The notes beneath the pieces are model-generated. The model was not told the origin of the DNA, searched no databases, and saw only the letters and a program-made list of their open reading frames with translations. This document shows positions 26,799-36,867 of a stretch of DNA of 64,000 bases, one piece after another. Both the position numbers and the translations under genes were made by a program. The stretch's first letter is position 1, and every line of letters begins with the position of its first letter. Source of the stretch: Pelagomonas calceolata (lineage: Eukaryota); the NCBI GenBank assembly GCA_918797485.1, contig CAKKNE010000001.1, positions 3,410,001 to 3,474,000 on the forward strand, in the 5' to 3' direction.

Positions 26799-29633
26799 AT
26801 GGCCTCCTCCTACAGAGTGAACCTCCTGGACGTACTGAGGACGCAAGCGAACAGCGAGCAGGAGAATCGCAGACGTGTCCTGCGCGTCTACGGCGGCCTC
26901 ATGGCCCTGACGCATCTCCTCGACGTCTGCGCGGCGGTCGCGCTCGTGGCCTGCTACGGCGGCTTCGAAACTAAAGCTGCCCTCCGGCCCTTCGAACGCT
27001 GGGACTTCGCCTTCGGCCACAAGGTCACGGACGTATTTTTTATGGCGCTCGCGCGGGCGATCGTCTTTCCGTTGCTGACACGTTTAGCTGTGCGGTGCGG
27101 TCGCCGGGACGGCTGCCTCTGCGCGAAGAAGCCCGCCGCACCGGAGGGCTACGCCGCGCTCGACGGCGAGGAGCGCACGGGCGCCGCCGCCGCCGCGGCT
27201 CTCTCGGCCGATCTCGCCGACAAGGACCGCCAGCGACAGAAGGCGCACGCCGCCGCGCGCAAGCACGCGATCCTCGGGCTACTTTTTGTCTTAGCGACGG
27301 GCATGCAGGTCTACGTGGGCGTCAAGCTCAACAACTTCGACTGGGGCCCACCCGCGGATTTTGAGGGCGACCGCGGCCGGGAGCGGCGGCGCACGAAGAC
27401 GGCGCAGATTCTGTTGGTCTGCGCGGGCGTGCTCTTCACGAATATTAGCGCCTGGCTCGCGCGGGAACTCGTGCGCGAGCTGACGAGGGATGACGGGCTC
27501 TACCTCCCGGAGGTCCACGCGCACCCGCTCGTCTACGACGCGACGCTCTCGCGGCACTGGTGCGACCTCTGCGGCACGCCTATTAGGAGAGGTGGCGCGT
27601 GGCGCTGCAAGTTATGCGATTTTGATTTATGCGTGCCGTGCGCGTCCCGCACGGATGCGGCGACGGTGGGCGAGCACGTACTGCGCGGTGACCGTGGGGC
27701 AAGGCGAGAAACAAACGTGTCGTCGTCCTCATACCTGCGCCGAGCTATAAGCCTCGCGGCGGGCCAGAAGGGGCTCCTCTTCGTCGCCCTCGCGCTCTTG
27801 GCATGCAATTCTGCTTTAGCTTTGGCCCTGCCCAAATATCAAGGAAGGATCGTCGACCGCGTTGTGAGGAAAGAACGAGGCGCCTTCCGCAACGCCGTCG
27901 TCCAGTACCTGTATTTGATGATTGCCCAGGGCCTGTGCCAGGCGGCGTACCAAGCCGCGTTCTCGGTAGTCTCTAGAAACATCCTGTTCGGCGTGCGCAC
28001 GACCTTGTTCAAATCCGTCATCCGGCAGGACACGGCCTTTTTTGATGGCACGACGTCCGGGCACCTCACTTCTAGATTAACAAACGACGCGCAAGTCATG
28101 ATGGCGCCCATCCAAGCTTCGTTAGCGTCGTTACTCTCGAACTCGATCATGCTTATTGGTGGAGTGACCATGTGTTTTGCGACGTCCTATGAGTTATCAA
28201 TGCTGGCCTTCGTCGTCGTCGGTCCGATCATGTACCTCTGGGACCTGTACGGGAACTGGTCCAAGAGCCTGTCGAGGCGCGTGTTAGCGGCCTGGGCCGA
28301 GGCCAACGCCGTCGCGACGGAGGCCCTGCACCACATCAGGACCGTAAAGGCCTTCGTGACGGAGGACACGGAGACAAAAAAGTACGACGAGGCCTGCGGC
28401 GAGGCGTTGAGGTTAGGTATTCGCGACGCGCTGGGTTTTGGCTTAACAAGCGCGTTGACGGGCTATTTAGATCTTGGCACTGGTGTCTTAATACTGTGGG
28501 AAGGTGGCCGAATTGTGCTGCGGGGCGACGGCTCCTTAACAATCGGCGAGCTCGTCACGTTTCAATTGTATTGGACTACCATGAACGCGGCCTACCAGGC
28601 GTTGCAGGGGCTCGTGACGTCGTTTACCCGGTCCGCGGCGGCCGCGGAGAAAGTTTTTTCACTCATAGACAGCCTGCCGGACATCTCGCCCGACGATGGC
28701 GAGGCGATTGACTGGGACGTGGACGGGAAGCTGAGCCTCGAGGACGTCGAGTTCCACTACGTCATGCGGCCCGACGCGAAAGTACTGAGGGGTCTGTCCC
28801 TGGAAATCGCGCCGCGGTCCGTTTGTGCCCTTGTGGGGCGGTCTGGCGGTGGCAAGAGCACGATCGTCTCGCTGCTCATGCGCTTCTACGACTGCCGTGG
28901 GGGCACACTCAAATTGGACGGGCGCGACGTGAGTTCATTGAACGTGAAGGCGTACCGCGGGCTGTTTGGGATCGTGGCCCAGGACACGCCGTTGTTCGCA
29001 CGAAGCATTCGCAAGAACATCGCGTACGGCCACCCGGGTGCCGATAAAGACGACGCCGACGCCGACGAGGACCTGGGCAAAGAAGTAGAGGCCGCGGCCG
29101 CGGAGGCGCAGGCGCACGACTTCATTTCTGAGATGAAGGACGCCTATCAAACGCGCGTCGGCGAGCGCGGCGGCCGCCTGTCGGGGGGCCAGCGCCAGCG
29201 CGTGGCCATCGCGCGCATTTTTTTGAGGCGGCCGAAGATCATTCTCCTGGACGAGGCGACGTCGGCGCTCGACGAGGACTCGCAGCAGGCGGTGCGGGCC
29301 TGTGCGCAAATCAACCAGTAAGATGCGCCGCGACATTTGATTTCCACACAGGTGCAGGCGTCGCTCGACGCGCTGATCCGGAAGGGCGACTCGACGGTCG
29401 TCCTCGTCGCGCATCGCCTCTCGACGGTGATGAACGCCGACAAGATCGCGGTCATCGCCGACGGCGGCGTCAAGGAGGAGGGGTCGCACGACGAGTTGTG
29501 TGAGCGGGGTGGCGTCTACGCGGGCCTCGTCCGGAAGCAGTTGACGAAGGCCGCGGCGGTCCTGGACCAGGGCAAGGAGGACGCGGTCGAGCGGGCCGCG
29601 GCGAACGACACGATCGACAAGCTGCTGGGGTAG
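26799..29633 (+). CDS. ABCB half-transporter (TAP/ABCB9-like) with ZZ/C1-like zinc finger; intron 29292-29351
   Basis: GRSGGGKST, LSGGQRQR, LLDEATSALD and VAHRLST motifs; HPL...WCDLC...WRCKLCDFDLCVPC finger before the TMD. Confidence 0.93.
29292..29351 (+). mobile_element. Introner element, GT-AG intron (60 nt)
   Basis: TSD GTGCGGGC / GTGCAGGC; TIR CTGTGCGCAAATC / GATTTCCACACAG; in-frame stop inside; splicing gives QQA|VQASLD. Confidence 0.92.
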
Positions 29634-29767
29634 AGTTTTGTAAAGTCCTGTGGATACTTCGTTCTGGTGGTTTTTAGACAACTCATTATCACATATTCGT
29701 CGGTCGGCGGGATCGGAGGTAGGGGTCGCCGCCCGGTGACCGCGAGACGCGGCACAACGCGCGACCC

Positions 29768-30019
29768 TCACCCGGACTCGCGAGCACACAAACTTTGGAT
29801 CGCGTAGTAATCCGCCGCGATGCCCGAGAGTCCGAGGACGAAGAATGGCGCTTGTCGAATCCAAACGCTCGTCACGCCGCGCGGGACGGCGAGCGTTAGC
29901 GCTGCTCCGACGATCGCGCCGCTACCAAAGTATTTCATGCCGCTCAGGCTCGTACTTTCTCGCAGCATGCACGCCTCGTACGCCGCTTTCTTTCCGTCAC
30001 AGTTATCGCAGTCGTCCAT
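29768..30019 (-). CDS. Small two-TM Cys-containing protein
   Basis: 83-aa ATG ORF with two hydrophobic stretches. Confidence 0.55.
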   Translation of the reverse strand: MDDCDNCDGKKAAYEACMLRESTSLSGMKYFGSGAIVGAALTLAVPRGVTSVWIRQAPFFVLGLSGIAADYYAIQSLCARESG

Positions 30020-30276
30020 GTCTTGTGTGAATAATCGATGGAACTACTCTCAGAGCGGTGCGTGCGTAGCTTGCCGCAGCGCTTAAGCTGCTCGAGGACG
30101 CACGCGGTGCACTCGTGAGCTGGGCCCACTGTCTCTGCTCTGCTGATGAGTGCTCTCCAGCGCAGGAAATGCAGTCTTATCCTTCTGAGGGCAGTGCGGC
30201 TGCGAGAAGACTGCCAGCCGGCCTCTGGAGTTAAGAGGCGCCAATTACAGCGTACACAAGACCTTTTTGGTGGGTT

Positions 30277-30300
30277 GCTAGTGCCTTACAGCACGCTAGC
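30277..30300 (-). promoter_or_regulatory. Bipartite CTAG promoter motif
   Basis: Plus strand GCTAGTGCCTTACAGCACGCTAGC between divergent genes. Confidence 0.7.
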
Positions 30301-30496
30301 AAGCTGCAGCGGCGCAAGCCACCGCGAGCGGCCTAGCACGAAGCCCCCATCGACCAGGCACACAGCATTAGGTGTGTTCGAGTCTGACACGGCGCTACAA
30401 TAACGCGCGCTATATAATTTGGCGTCCAGAGAGCGACAACGCAGGCTGCTGAACTTGCAGTCAGTGTGCAGCGCCGCCGAGGCAGCGGTAGCAAGG

Positions 30497-31699
30497 ATGC
30501 CGGGACCAAGACGACGATGCAGCGGCCGCGCGCTGCTGCTTTGCATTTACACCACACATGCATTCCTCGCGCCCCCGCCGGCGCCGCGTGCGCCTCAGCT
30601 CAACGCGCTCGACAGCTTCATGGTAGGGCGTTTAGATGATATGAGAGGCACCTTCGACGAGCTCACGGCACGTTTAGCTGATCCGGACGTCCTCGACGAC
30701 CCCGACAAGATGCTCCAGATCTCGAAGCAGCGCGCCGACGCCGAGGAGGTCGTGAACACGTACCAAGAGTACGAGAACCTGGAAGAGGAGCTGTCGGGAG
30801 CGACGGAGATGTTCCAGGAGGCCGATGACCAGGAGATGAGAGAACTCGCAAGGGAGGAGGTCAAGGACCTTGAAGAAAGGATCAAGGCTACCGAGGACCG
30901 ACTAGCTTTACTGTTAATCCCCAAGGACCCCATGGACGAGAAGAACGTCATGCTGGAGATCCGCGCGGGGACGGGCGGCGGCGAGGCGGCCATCTGGGCT
31001 GGCGATCTCGTGGAGGCCTATACGAGGTACGCGAAGACGCAGGGCTGGCAGACGCGCGTCGTGGATGCGTCGCCGGGCGACGACGGCGGCTACCGGCAGT
31101 ACACGATGGAGGTGACGGGTCAATCAGTTTATAGTAAGCTGAAATTCGAAAGTGGCGTGCATAGGGTTCAAAGAGTACCAGCGACCGAAAGTCAGGGCAG
31201 GGTGCACACGTCGACCGCTACATTGGCCATCATGCCGGAAGTTGATGATGTCCAAATTAAGATTGATCCCAAGGATATTAGTATGACGACGGCGCGGTCG
31301 GGCGGCGCGGGCGGCCAGAACGTCAATAAGGTCGAGACGGCCTGCGACCTCATGCACCACCCGACGGGGATTCGGATTTTTTGCACGCAGGAACGGACGC
31401 AGCTCAAGAACAAGGAGCTGGCGATGCAACTACTCCGGTCGAAGTTGTTTGAATTGGAGCAGGAAAAACAGGCCGCCGAGATCAAGGAACAGAGGTTGAT
31501 GCAGGTCGGCACCGGTGGTAGATCCGAGAAAATACGCACCTACAACTGGAAAGACAGTCGGTGCACGGACCACCGGCTCGGGCAGAACTTCAACCTCGAC
31601 AAGGTCCTGGCCGGGGAGTTAGAACCGGTGGTGGCCGCCTGCGTCGCCATGGACGAGAAGGAGAAGCTCGAGCAGCTCGCGAAGGAGGCCATGGCATAA
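30497..31699 (+). CDS. prfA: Peptide chain release factor 1, organellar (likely plastid)
   Basis: [26 protein letters not shown] (PxT), GAGGQNVNK and RSEKIRTYN motifs; leader ending THA-FLAP. Confidence 0.95.
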   Translation: MPGPRRRCSGRALLLCIYTTHAFLAPPPAPRAPQLNALDSFMVGRLDDMRGTFDELTARLADPDVLDDPDKMLQISKQRADAEEVVNTYQEYENLEEELSGATEMFQEADDQEMRELAREEVKDLEERIKATEDRLALLLIPKDPMDEKNVMLEIRAGTGGGEAAIWAGDLVEAYTRYAKTQGWQTRVVDASPGDDGGYRQYTMEVTGQSVYSKLKFESGVHRVQRVPATESQGRVHTSTATLAIMPEVDDVQIKIDPKDISMTTARSGGAGGQNVNKVETACDLMHHPTGIRIFCTQERTQLKNKELAMQLLRSKLFELEQEKQAAEIKEQRLMQVGTGGRSEKIRTYNWKDSRCTDHRLGQNFNLDKVLAGELEPVVAACVAMDEKEKLEQLAKEAMA

Positions 31700-31840
31700 C
31701 TATCCACATTTATTACTTCCGAGTCGCGGCGATGACGCGTCGATATGGCCTCGCGTCGGTGGCGTGGAGGTGTCGCCAGACGCCGTCGACGCGGCCGCGC
31801 GAGAGTCTCGGTCGCGCCCGCGCCGCCGCCGACGCGAGCC

Positions 31841-33250
31841 TCAGACCCCGACAACCTCCCGCCGCCACGCGTCCATGACCGCCCTCAGGTCAAGTCGATC
31901 ATCTGTCGCACCAGCATGGCCCGCGCCCTCGACGAAGTGTAATCTCGGTAAACATTGTGGTGGCGCGTCCCGCGCGATCCGTCTCGCTTCTTCCTCCGCC
32001 GGTACCCTTAAATCCGCCGTGCCCGCTACTATCAAAAGGGGCGCCGTCTGCTTTTGCAGCGCATCGGCGGAGCCCGCGGCGATCGACGGCCCGACCCACT
32101 CGCGCATGCGGTGGCGGCAGGCTGATGCCGGCAAGGCGAGCCGTTGCGGCAGCTCGCCAACGACGCGCCACGCGTAGGCCTCCCGATCCTCGCCTTCTAG
32201 CAGTGGAGACGTTTCGCCCGTCGCTATCCTCCGCAGCGTCGTGTCCAGCTGGCCTCTGTCCAGTAATTGATAAGACGACAGCGCGATGACCAACGCCAGC
32301 ACGGGGTCCGGAAGCCGAACGAGCTTGGATCGGGCGCCGCCCAGCGCCGTGCGGTCCCCGCCCGTCGCCGGCGAGACGAGGACTGCGCCGGCGACGCTAC
32401 TCCGGGCCGCGACGTCCAACGCGACGCCCGCGCCCATGGACTCGCCGAGCACGAAGACGGGCCTCTCCACTTTCTTCAGCAGTCGCGACGCCTCCGCTCT
32501 CAGCGCCGCCTTCTCGACCTCCTCGACTGCTGTATTGACCCAGTCCTCGTAGCTGCCGCGGCAGTTCGCCGGCAATACCAAACACCGCAGGTCGTAGGCC
32601 TCGCCGAGCTCCGGGTACTGCATCCACGCCGTCACCGACGAGCCGTCCAGCCCCGGCAAAACCAAAAGCAGCGGCTTGTCTGATGCGTCGCCGTCGCGCG
32701 CGAGGCCGAATTCTGATAGAGGGTCGAACCAGTACGGCGCGCTCGGTTTCGTTACATAAGATTGCAGCGCATCGGCGGCGTTCCCAACCAGAAACTCCGT
32801 CGCCTGCTTCCAGAAGCCCGCCCGTCCTCGACAGTCGAAGGACACCTCCCAGCGCATCTCGCAGCCGTTTTCTGTTTGTGAGAAGGCGACCAATCCAGTA
32901 TGCGAGCCGTTCACAACATCTAAACCGAGCAGGGGGCCGGGGTCGCTCACGCGGTAACGCGCGACCAATTCCTCGTCGGCCGTCTCGTCGACGTACGCGA
33001 GCTCCTCGCGCAGTCCCGCGGGGACGAGCGTTCTTGCTGATGGCAGCTTCGCGTCCGCCGGCTCGCGCAACACAAGCGCCGGGATGCCGCCGCCGCTCGT
33101 CCAGCTGTAGTCGAGCCAGGCTTCCCTGGCGTGCTCCGGTGAGACGCCGTCGAGCTGTCGCGTGACCTCGACGTCGACGCGTTTGACCACGGGCGGGCGC
33201 TGCAGCGCCGTCGTTTGTACTGCTGCGGCGAGGAGTGCGAGTCTTTGCAT
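31841..33250 (-). CDS. SRPBCC/START-like domain plus alpha/beta hydrolase (esterase/lipase/thioesterase-like) with leader peptide
   Basis: LLLVLPGLDGS, GESMG nucleophile elbow, GTADLRVP and GAGH motifs. Confidence 0.8.
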   Translation of the reverse strand: MQRLALLAAAVQTTALQRPPVVKRVDVEVTRQLDGVSPEHAREAWLDYSWTSGGGIPALVLREPADAKLPSARTLVPAGLREELAYVDETADEELVARYRVSDPGPLLGLDVVNGSHTGLVAFSQTENGCEMRWEVSFDCRGRAGFWKQATEFLVGNAADALQSYVTKPSAPYWFDPLSEFGLARDGDASDKPLLLVLPGLDGSSVTAWMQYPELGEAYDLRCLVLPANCRGSYEDWVNTAVEEVEKAALRAEASRLLKKVERPVFVLGESMGAGVALDVAARSSVAGAVLVSPATGGDRTALGGARSKLVRLPDPVLALVIALSSYQLLDRGQLDTTLRRIATGETSPLLEGEDREAYAWRVVGELPQRLALPASACRHRMREWVGPSIAAGSADALQKQTAPLLIVAGTADLRVPAEEEARRIARDAPPQCLPRLHFVEGAGHAGATDDRLDLRAVMDAWRREVVGV

Positions 33251-33651
33251 TGCTTTAGCGCAGCTAGCTCAGGCTGCAGGCTGAGCTTTGAGATGCTATT
33301 GTGAAGCCTCGCGATAGCTAGCACTTGCAACAACTTGCTCGCTCGATTAATGCGATGAGAAATAGCGCACGAAGCGATTCAGTTGGCTGCGAAACGCACG
33401 AATGTGATGGTGGGCCAATTAGCTGGCAGGCTTGGAGCCAGCCTCTTGCTTGCCTAAAAAAAAATTCGAACGGAGAAAGGAAAACTCATCGGACGCTTGC
33501 GGGAGAGGCGTGGAGGCAACTTCCGGGTGCTTCGGGTAGGCAGACACACTAGGCTTGAGATTGCTGTGCCTGAAGTAGCAGCACCGAGCTGAGCGGCTGC
33601 CCCGCCGACGCCAGAACTGCCATTTCTCGTTCCGGGCATTCATTCAGTAAC

Positions 33652-35645
33652 ATGCGGTCATTTCTCGTGCATGCCGTCCTCTTCGGACTCGGCACCAGCC
33701 TGCGGATGCCGAGAGGGCTCCTGCTCAGGCGCCCATCTAACGCACCGACAGCGACCCGTGCCGCGGCGGTCGCGGAGATCTCGAGAGACGAAGATTTGGT
33801 AGCAAATGCACCCGAACTGCTCTTCACGCCGCTGGGCCCGCGCAAGGCTTTAAACCCCCTCTCGCCGGAATCAGCAACAAAGAACGCCCTCAGCGGCTTC
33901 GCCGTGTCGCTGGCGATGATCCCCGAGGCTGTGGCATTTGCCTTCGTCGCTGGCGTTTCCCCCATCGTGGGCCTCCAGACGACGGCCGTTTTAGGATTTG
34001 TGGCGGCGGCTTTTGGTGGGCGCGGCGGCATCACGACGGGCGCGTCGGGCGCGTGCGCCGTCGTCGTTGCCGGTTTGGTAGCATCACACGGCGCGTCGTA
34101 CCTCTCGGCGGCGGTGGCGCTCGCCGGTTTAATACAAGTGTCGCTCGGCGTCTTGGGCGCGGGCAAGTTCATTCGATTGGTGCCGCACCCGGTGATGTTG
34201 GGGTTTGTGAACGGTTTGGCAGTAGTGATGACCCGGGCCCAGTTGCGCCACTTCCGGGCGCCGCTCGCCTGTGGGTTGGCGAGCCCCGAAGCGCTGGCGA
34301 TGGTCGGTTTAACTTCATTAACGATGGGCTTGGTGCGGCTCGTGCCGCGGCTGACGCGGGCCGTGCCGCCGACGCTGGCAGCAGTGTCTCTGGTATCTGT
34401 GCTGTCGTCAGTGTTAAAACTGCCCGCGACCACATTAGCCGATTTGGCGGGCAAGGAGGCCTTCGCCGGCGGGTTGAAAGTCCTGCCTTCGTTCAAGGTA
34501 CCGGCGGCCTTCTCGGCTTTGAAGACCGCACCGGCTGCGTTCCTCAAGGTGGTCCTGCCCTACGCGGCGACGATGGCGTGCGTCGGCTTGGTGGAGTGCT
34601 GTGTGGAAATCAACCAGCGCTGGCTCCGTACGCCATCGAGCAGATATCATGAAGATGGCGTGGAGGTCGACGAACGCGCCGTAAAATTTTGATTTCCACA
34701 CAGGTCGAGAGCCTGCTTACGTTACAATTAGTGGACGGCATCGCCGACGACGGTAATAGAGGCTCCACGCGCCAGGAGTGCATCGGCCAGGGCCTGGGCA
34801 ACTTAGCCTCGGGCCTGACGGGCGGCCAGGGCGGCTGCGCTTTGATAGGACAGTCGCTGATCAACGTGGAGGCTGGAGGTACGTCGCGCCTGAGCGGTAT
34901 GGTTATGGCTGGTGGCCTCGCCGCGGGCCTCGTCTCGGCCGCGCCACTGCTTGGCCCTGCGTGGAAATCGACCAGTGCGTCGGGTGCACCCGATAATTCT
35001 TCACTACACAGGCTTGGCCGGATCCCCATCGCCGCGTTGGTAGGTGTCATGCTCCTCGTGTGCAAGCAGACCTTCTCCTGGTCGTCATTACGCTTGATCA
35101 ACAAGATTCCAAAAGTGGACCTATTTACGATCGCGCTCGTGTCCACGGTCACCGTCACCAAAGATTTAGCTCAAGCTGTGTTCTACGGCGTCGTCGCGTC
35201 GGCTCTAGGCTTCGCCTGGAAGCAATCCACGAGGATCAAGGCGACGTCATCCGTGCCTACCGGAGGCTGGAAGACGTATGCTGTCGACGGGCCCCTCTTC
35301 TTCGGGAGTACGTCGACGTTCTCCAATCAGTTCGACCCGAAGAGCGATCCGAATGACGTCATCATCGACTTCAAGTCTTCACGAGTCGTGGACCACTCGG
35401 CGCTGGAGTCGATCAACGAGCTCGCGCGCAAGTACGGCGACCTGTCGAAGAAGGTTCACTTGCGGGGCCTGTCGTCGGACTGCTACCAGCTGCTGGAGCG
35501 GCTCAACGGTGCCTCGACCGATTACGAGCTCATGGAACCCAGTTCAGAGGACCCGATCTACGAGGTCGCCGAGGACTACTCCAAGTACGGGACGATATCC
35601 GTGCCGCGGAAGGACGCGGCGCCTCCCGCTGAGCCGGAGGAGTGA
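33652..35645 (+). CDS. SulP/SLC26 anion transporter with STAS domain; introns 34591-34703 and 34949-35011
   Basis: LAMIPEAVAFA, L|VESLLT, GQGLGNLASG...GCALIGQS and GPLFFGS motifs. Confidence 0.93.
34591..34703 (+). mobile_element. Introner element, GT-AG intron (113 nt)
   Basis: Perfect TIR CTGTGTGGAAATC / GATTTCCACACAG; TSD GTGGAGTG / GTCGAGAG. Confidence 0.92.
34949..35011 (+). mobile_element. Introner element, GC-AG intron (63 nt, in-frame, stop-free)
   Basis: Perfect TSD GCTTGGCC; TIR CTGCGTGGAAATC / ...CTACACAG; splicing gives APLLGRIP. Confidence 0.88.
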
Positions 35646-36096
35646 GGTCCTCGCGGTAAGTTTTCTAAGTAAGCGTTTCCACGGGCGGCGCGCGCTTCGA
35701 CGCGCGGCGCATTGAGGGCAAAGCGGTCGGGAAGAGCCGTCCCGGCGAGACCCCTGGACCCGTGCGCGCGACCGACCCATCGCGTCGATTTGCGTCGGTT
35801 GGCTCGTGGCTCGCGCGCGCGCCGCCTGTTCCCGCCAGAAGAATTGACAGAGCTGTCAAAGCCGCCCGCCAATATACACCAAAAATAAAAAAAGACCTCA
35901 ACGTAAGTACCCGCGTGGACTTCAAATGCAAACGTCGACCAGCGGCGGACCGCAGCGCGCGCACGGGGCAGCCCGCTCGGCACGTAAGGCAGCAGCTTGG
36001 ATCCCCCGCTGCGTTCTCCTTCGCTGCGTTCTCCTTCTGTCCGCAACGACGCGCTGACGGCGCGAGTGTGCAGCGGCGCGCCGACCGCAGGCCAAA

Positions 36097-36677
36097 ATGT
36101 ACGACCTCGCGATGACCATCTACTTCGGCATGTACGGCGCCACGATGACGACGAACAGTGAGCTGTTCTGGGGCCCGGACAGCATCATGATGCTGCCCGC
36201 ACGTCGCTGTGTGGAATCAAATTTCGGGCGCCCCATGCCATCGACGCGACGTTGTCCTTCTAGTCGCGTCGGCTCGATGGCGTGGAGTTCACGATTACCT
36301 CACTCACTGCTTAATTTCCACACAGTACATGAGCTCGGCCGCGGACGCGCAGAGCGCCTTCTTCCAGCGCATGACGGGCCTCGGCTTCGCCATCATGTCG
36401 CTCGGCTACGCCAAGTGCGGGGTCTCGAAGGACGCCTGGATCAAGCAGACGATGCTCTTCCACGTGGGTACCTGTGTGGAACTCAACCATTGAGAGTTAC
36501 CGGGACGCCTGAAATTTGATTTCCACACAGGTCGTCTCGACTCCGATCTTCTTCCTCCAATGCGCGAGCGATGACGGCACCTCCTTCACGCCGTGGGTGT
36601 GGTATTTGCAGATCGCCATCAACATCGTACTCGCTGGATGGGGCTACACGGAAATGACGAAGTCCAAGACGAAGTAG
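36097..36677 (+). CDS. Small multi-TM membrane protein; introns 36199-36325 and 36464-36530
   Basis: Splicing gives MYDLAM...MLP|YMSS...LFH|VVSTPIFF...TKSKTK*. Confidence 0.75.
36199..36325 (+). mobile_element. Introner element, GC-AG intron (127 nt)
   Basis: TIR CTGTGTGGAATC / AATTTCCACACAG; internal inverted GCCATCGA...TCGATGGC; TSD degenerate. Confidence 0.85.
36464..36530 (+). mobile_element. Introner element, GT-AG intron (67 nt)
   Basis: TIR CTGTGTGGAACTC / GATTTCCACACAG; TSD degenerate (GTGGGTAC / GTCGTCTC). Confidence 0.85.
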
Positions 36678-36867
36678 GCTCACCAGCACGCCGCCGCGGG
36701 ACTCTCGGAGGAGAGTTTAACCCCGCGGCGCCCCCACCGTCTCCTGTGCGCGCGCACAACTTCGCCTCGACTAACTCCTCTTCAAAAAACAAATTTGTTT
36801 CCACATAACCCGCGAGGTCCTGAACTCGAGTCCTGAACTGGAACGTAAATTTACACTAGACCGGTAC

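Noticed and set aside
29640..29770. Sec read-through of the TGA ending the small Cys-containing ORF 29768..30019
   Set aside because: No SECIS-like AUGA/GA hairpin was recognisable downstream and there is no redox motif at the TGA.
30497..31699. Bacterial origin of the window, suggested by prfA, EF-Tu, RluD and SulP
   Set aside because: Targeting leaders, spliceosomal introns, SUMO, kinesin and DHHC show nuclear-encoded organellar genes of a eukaryote.
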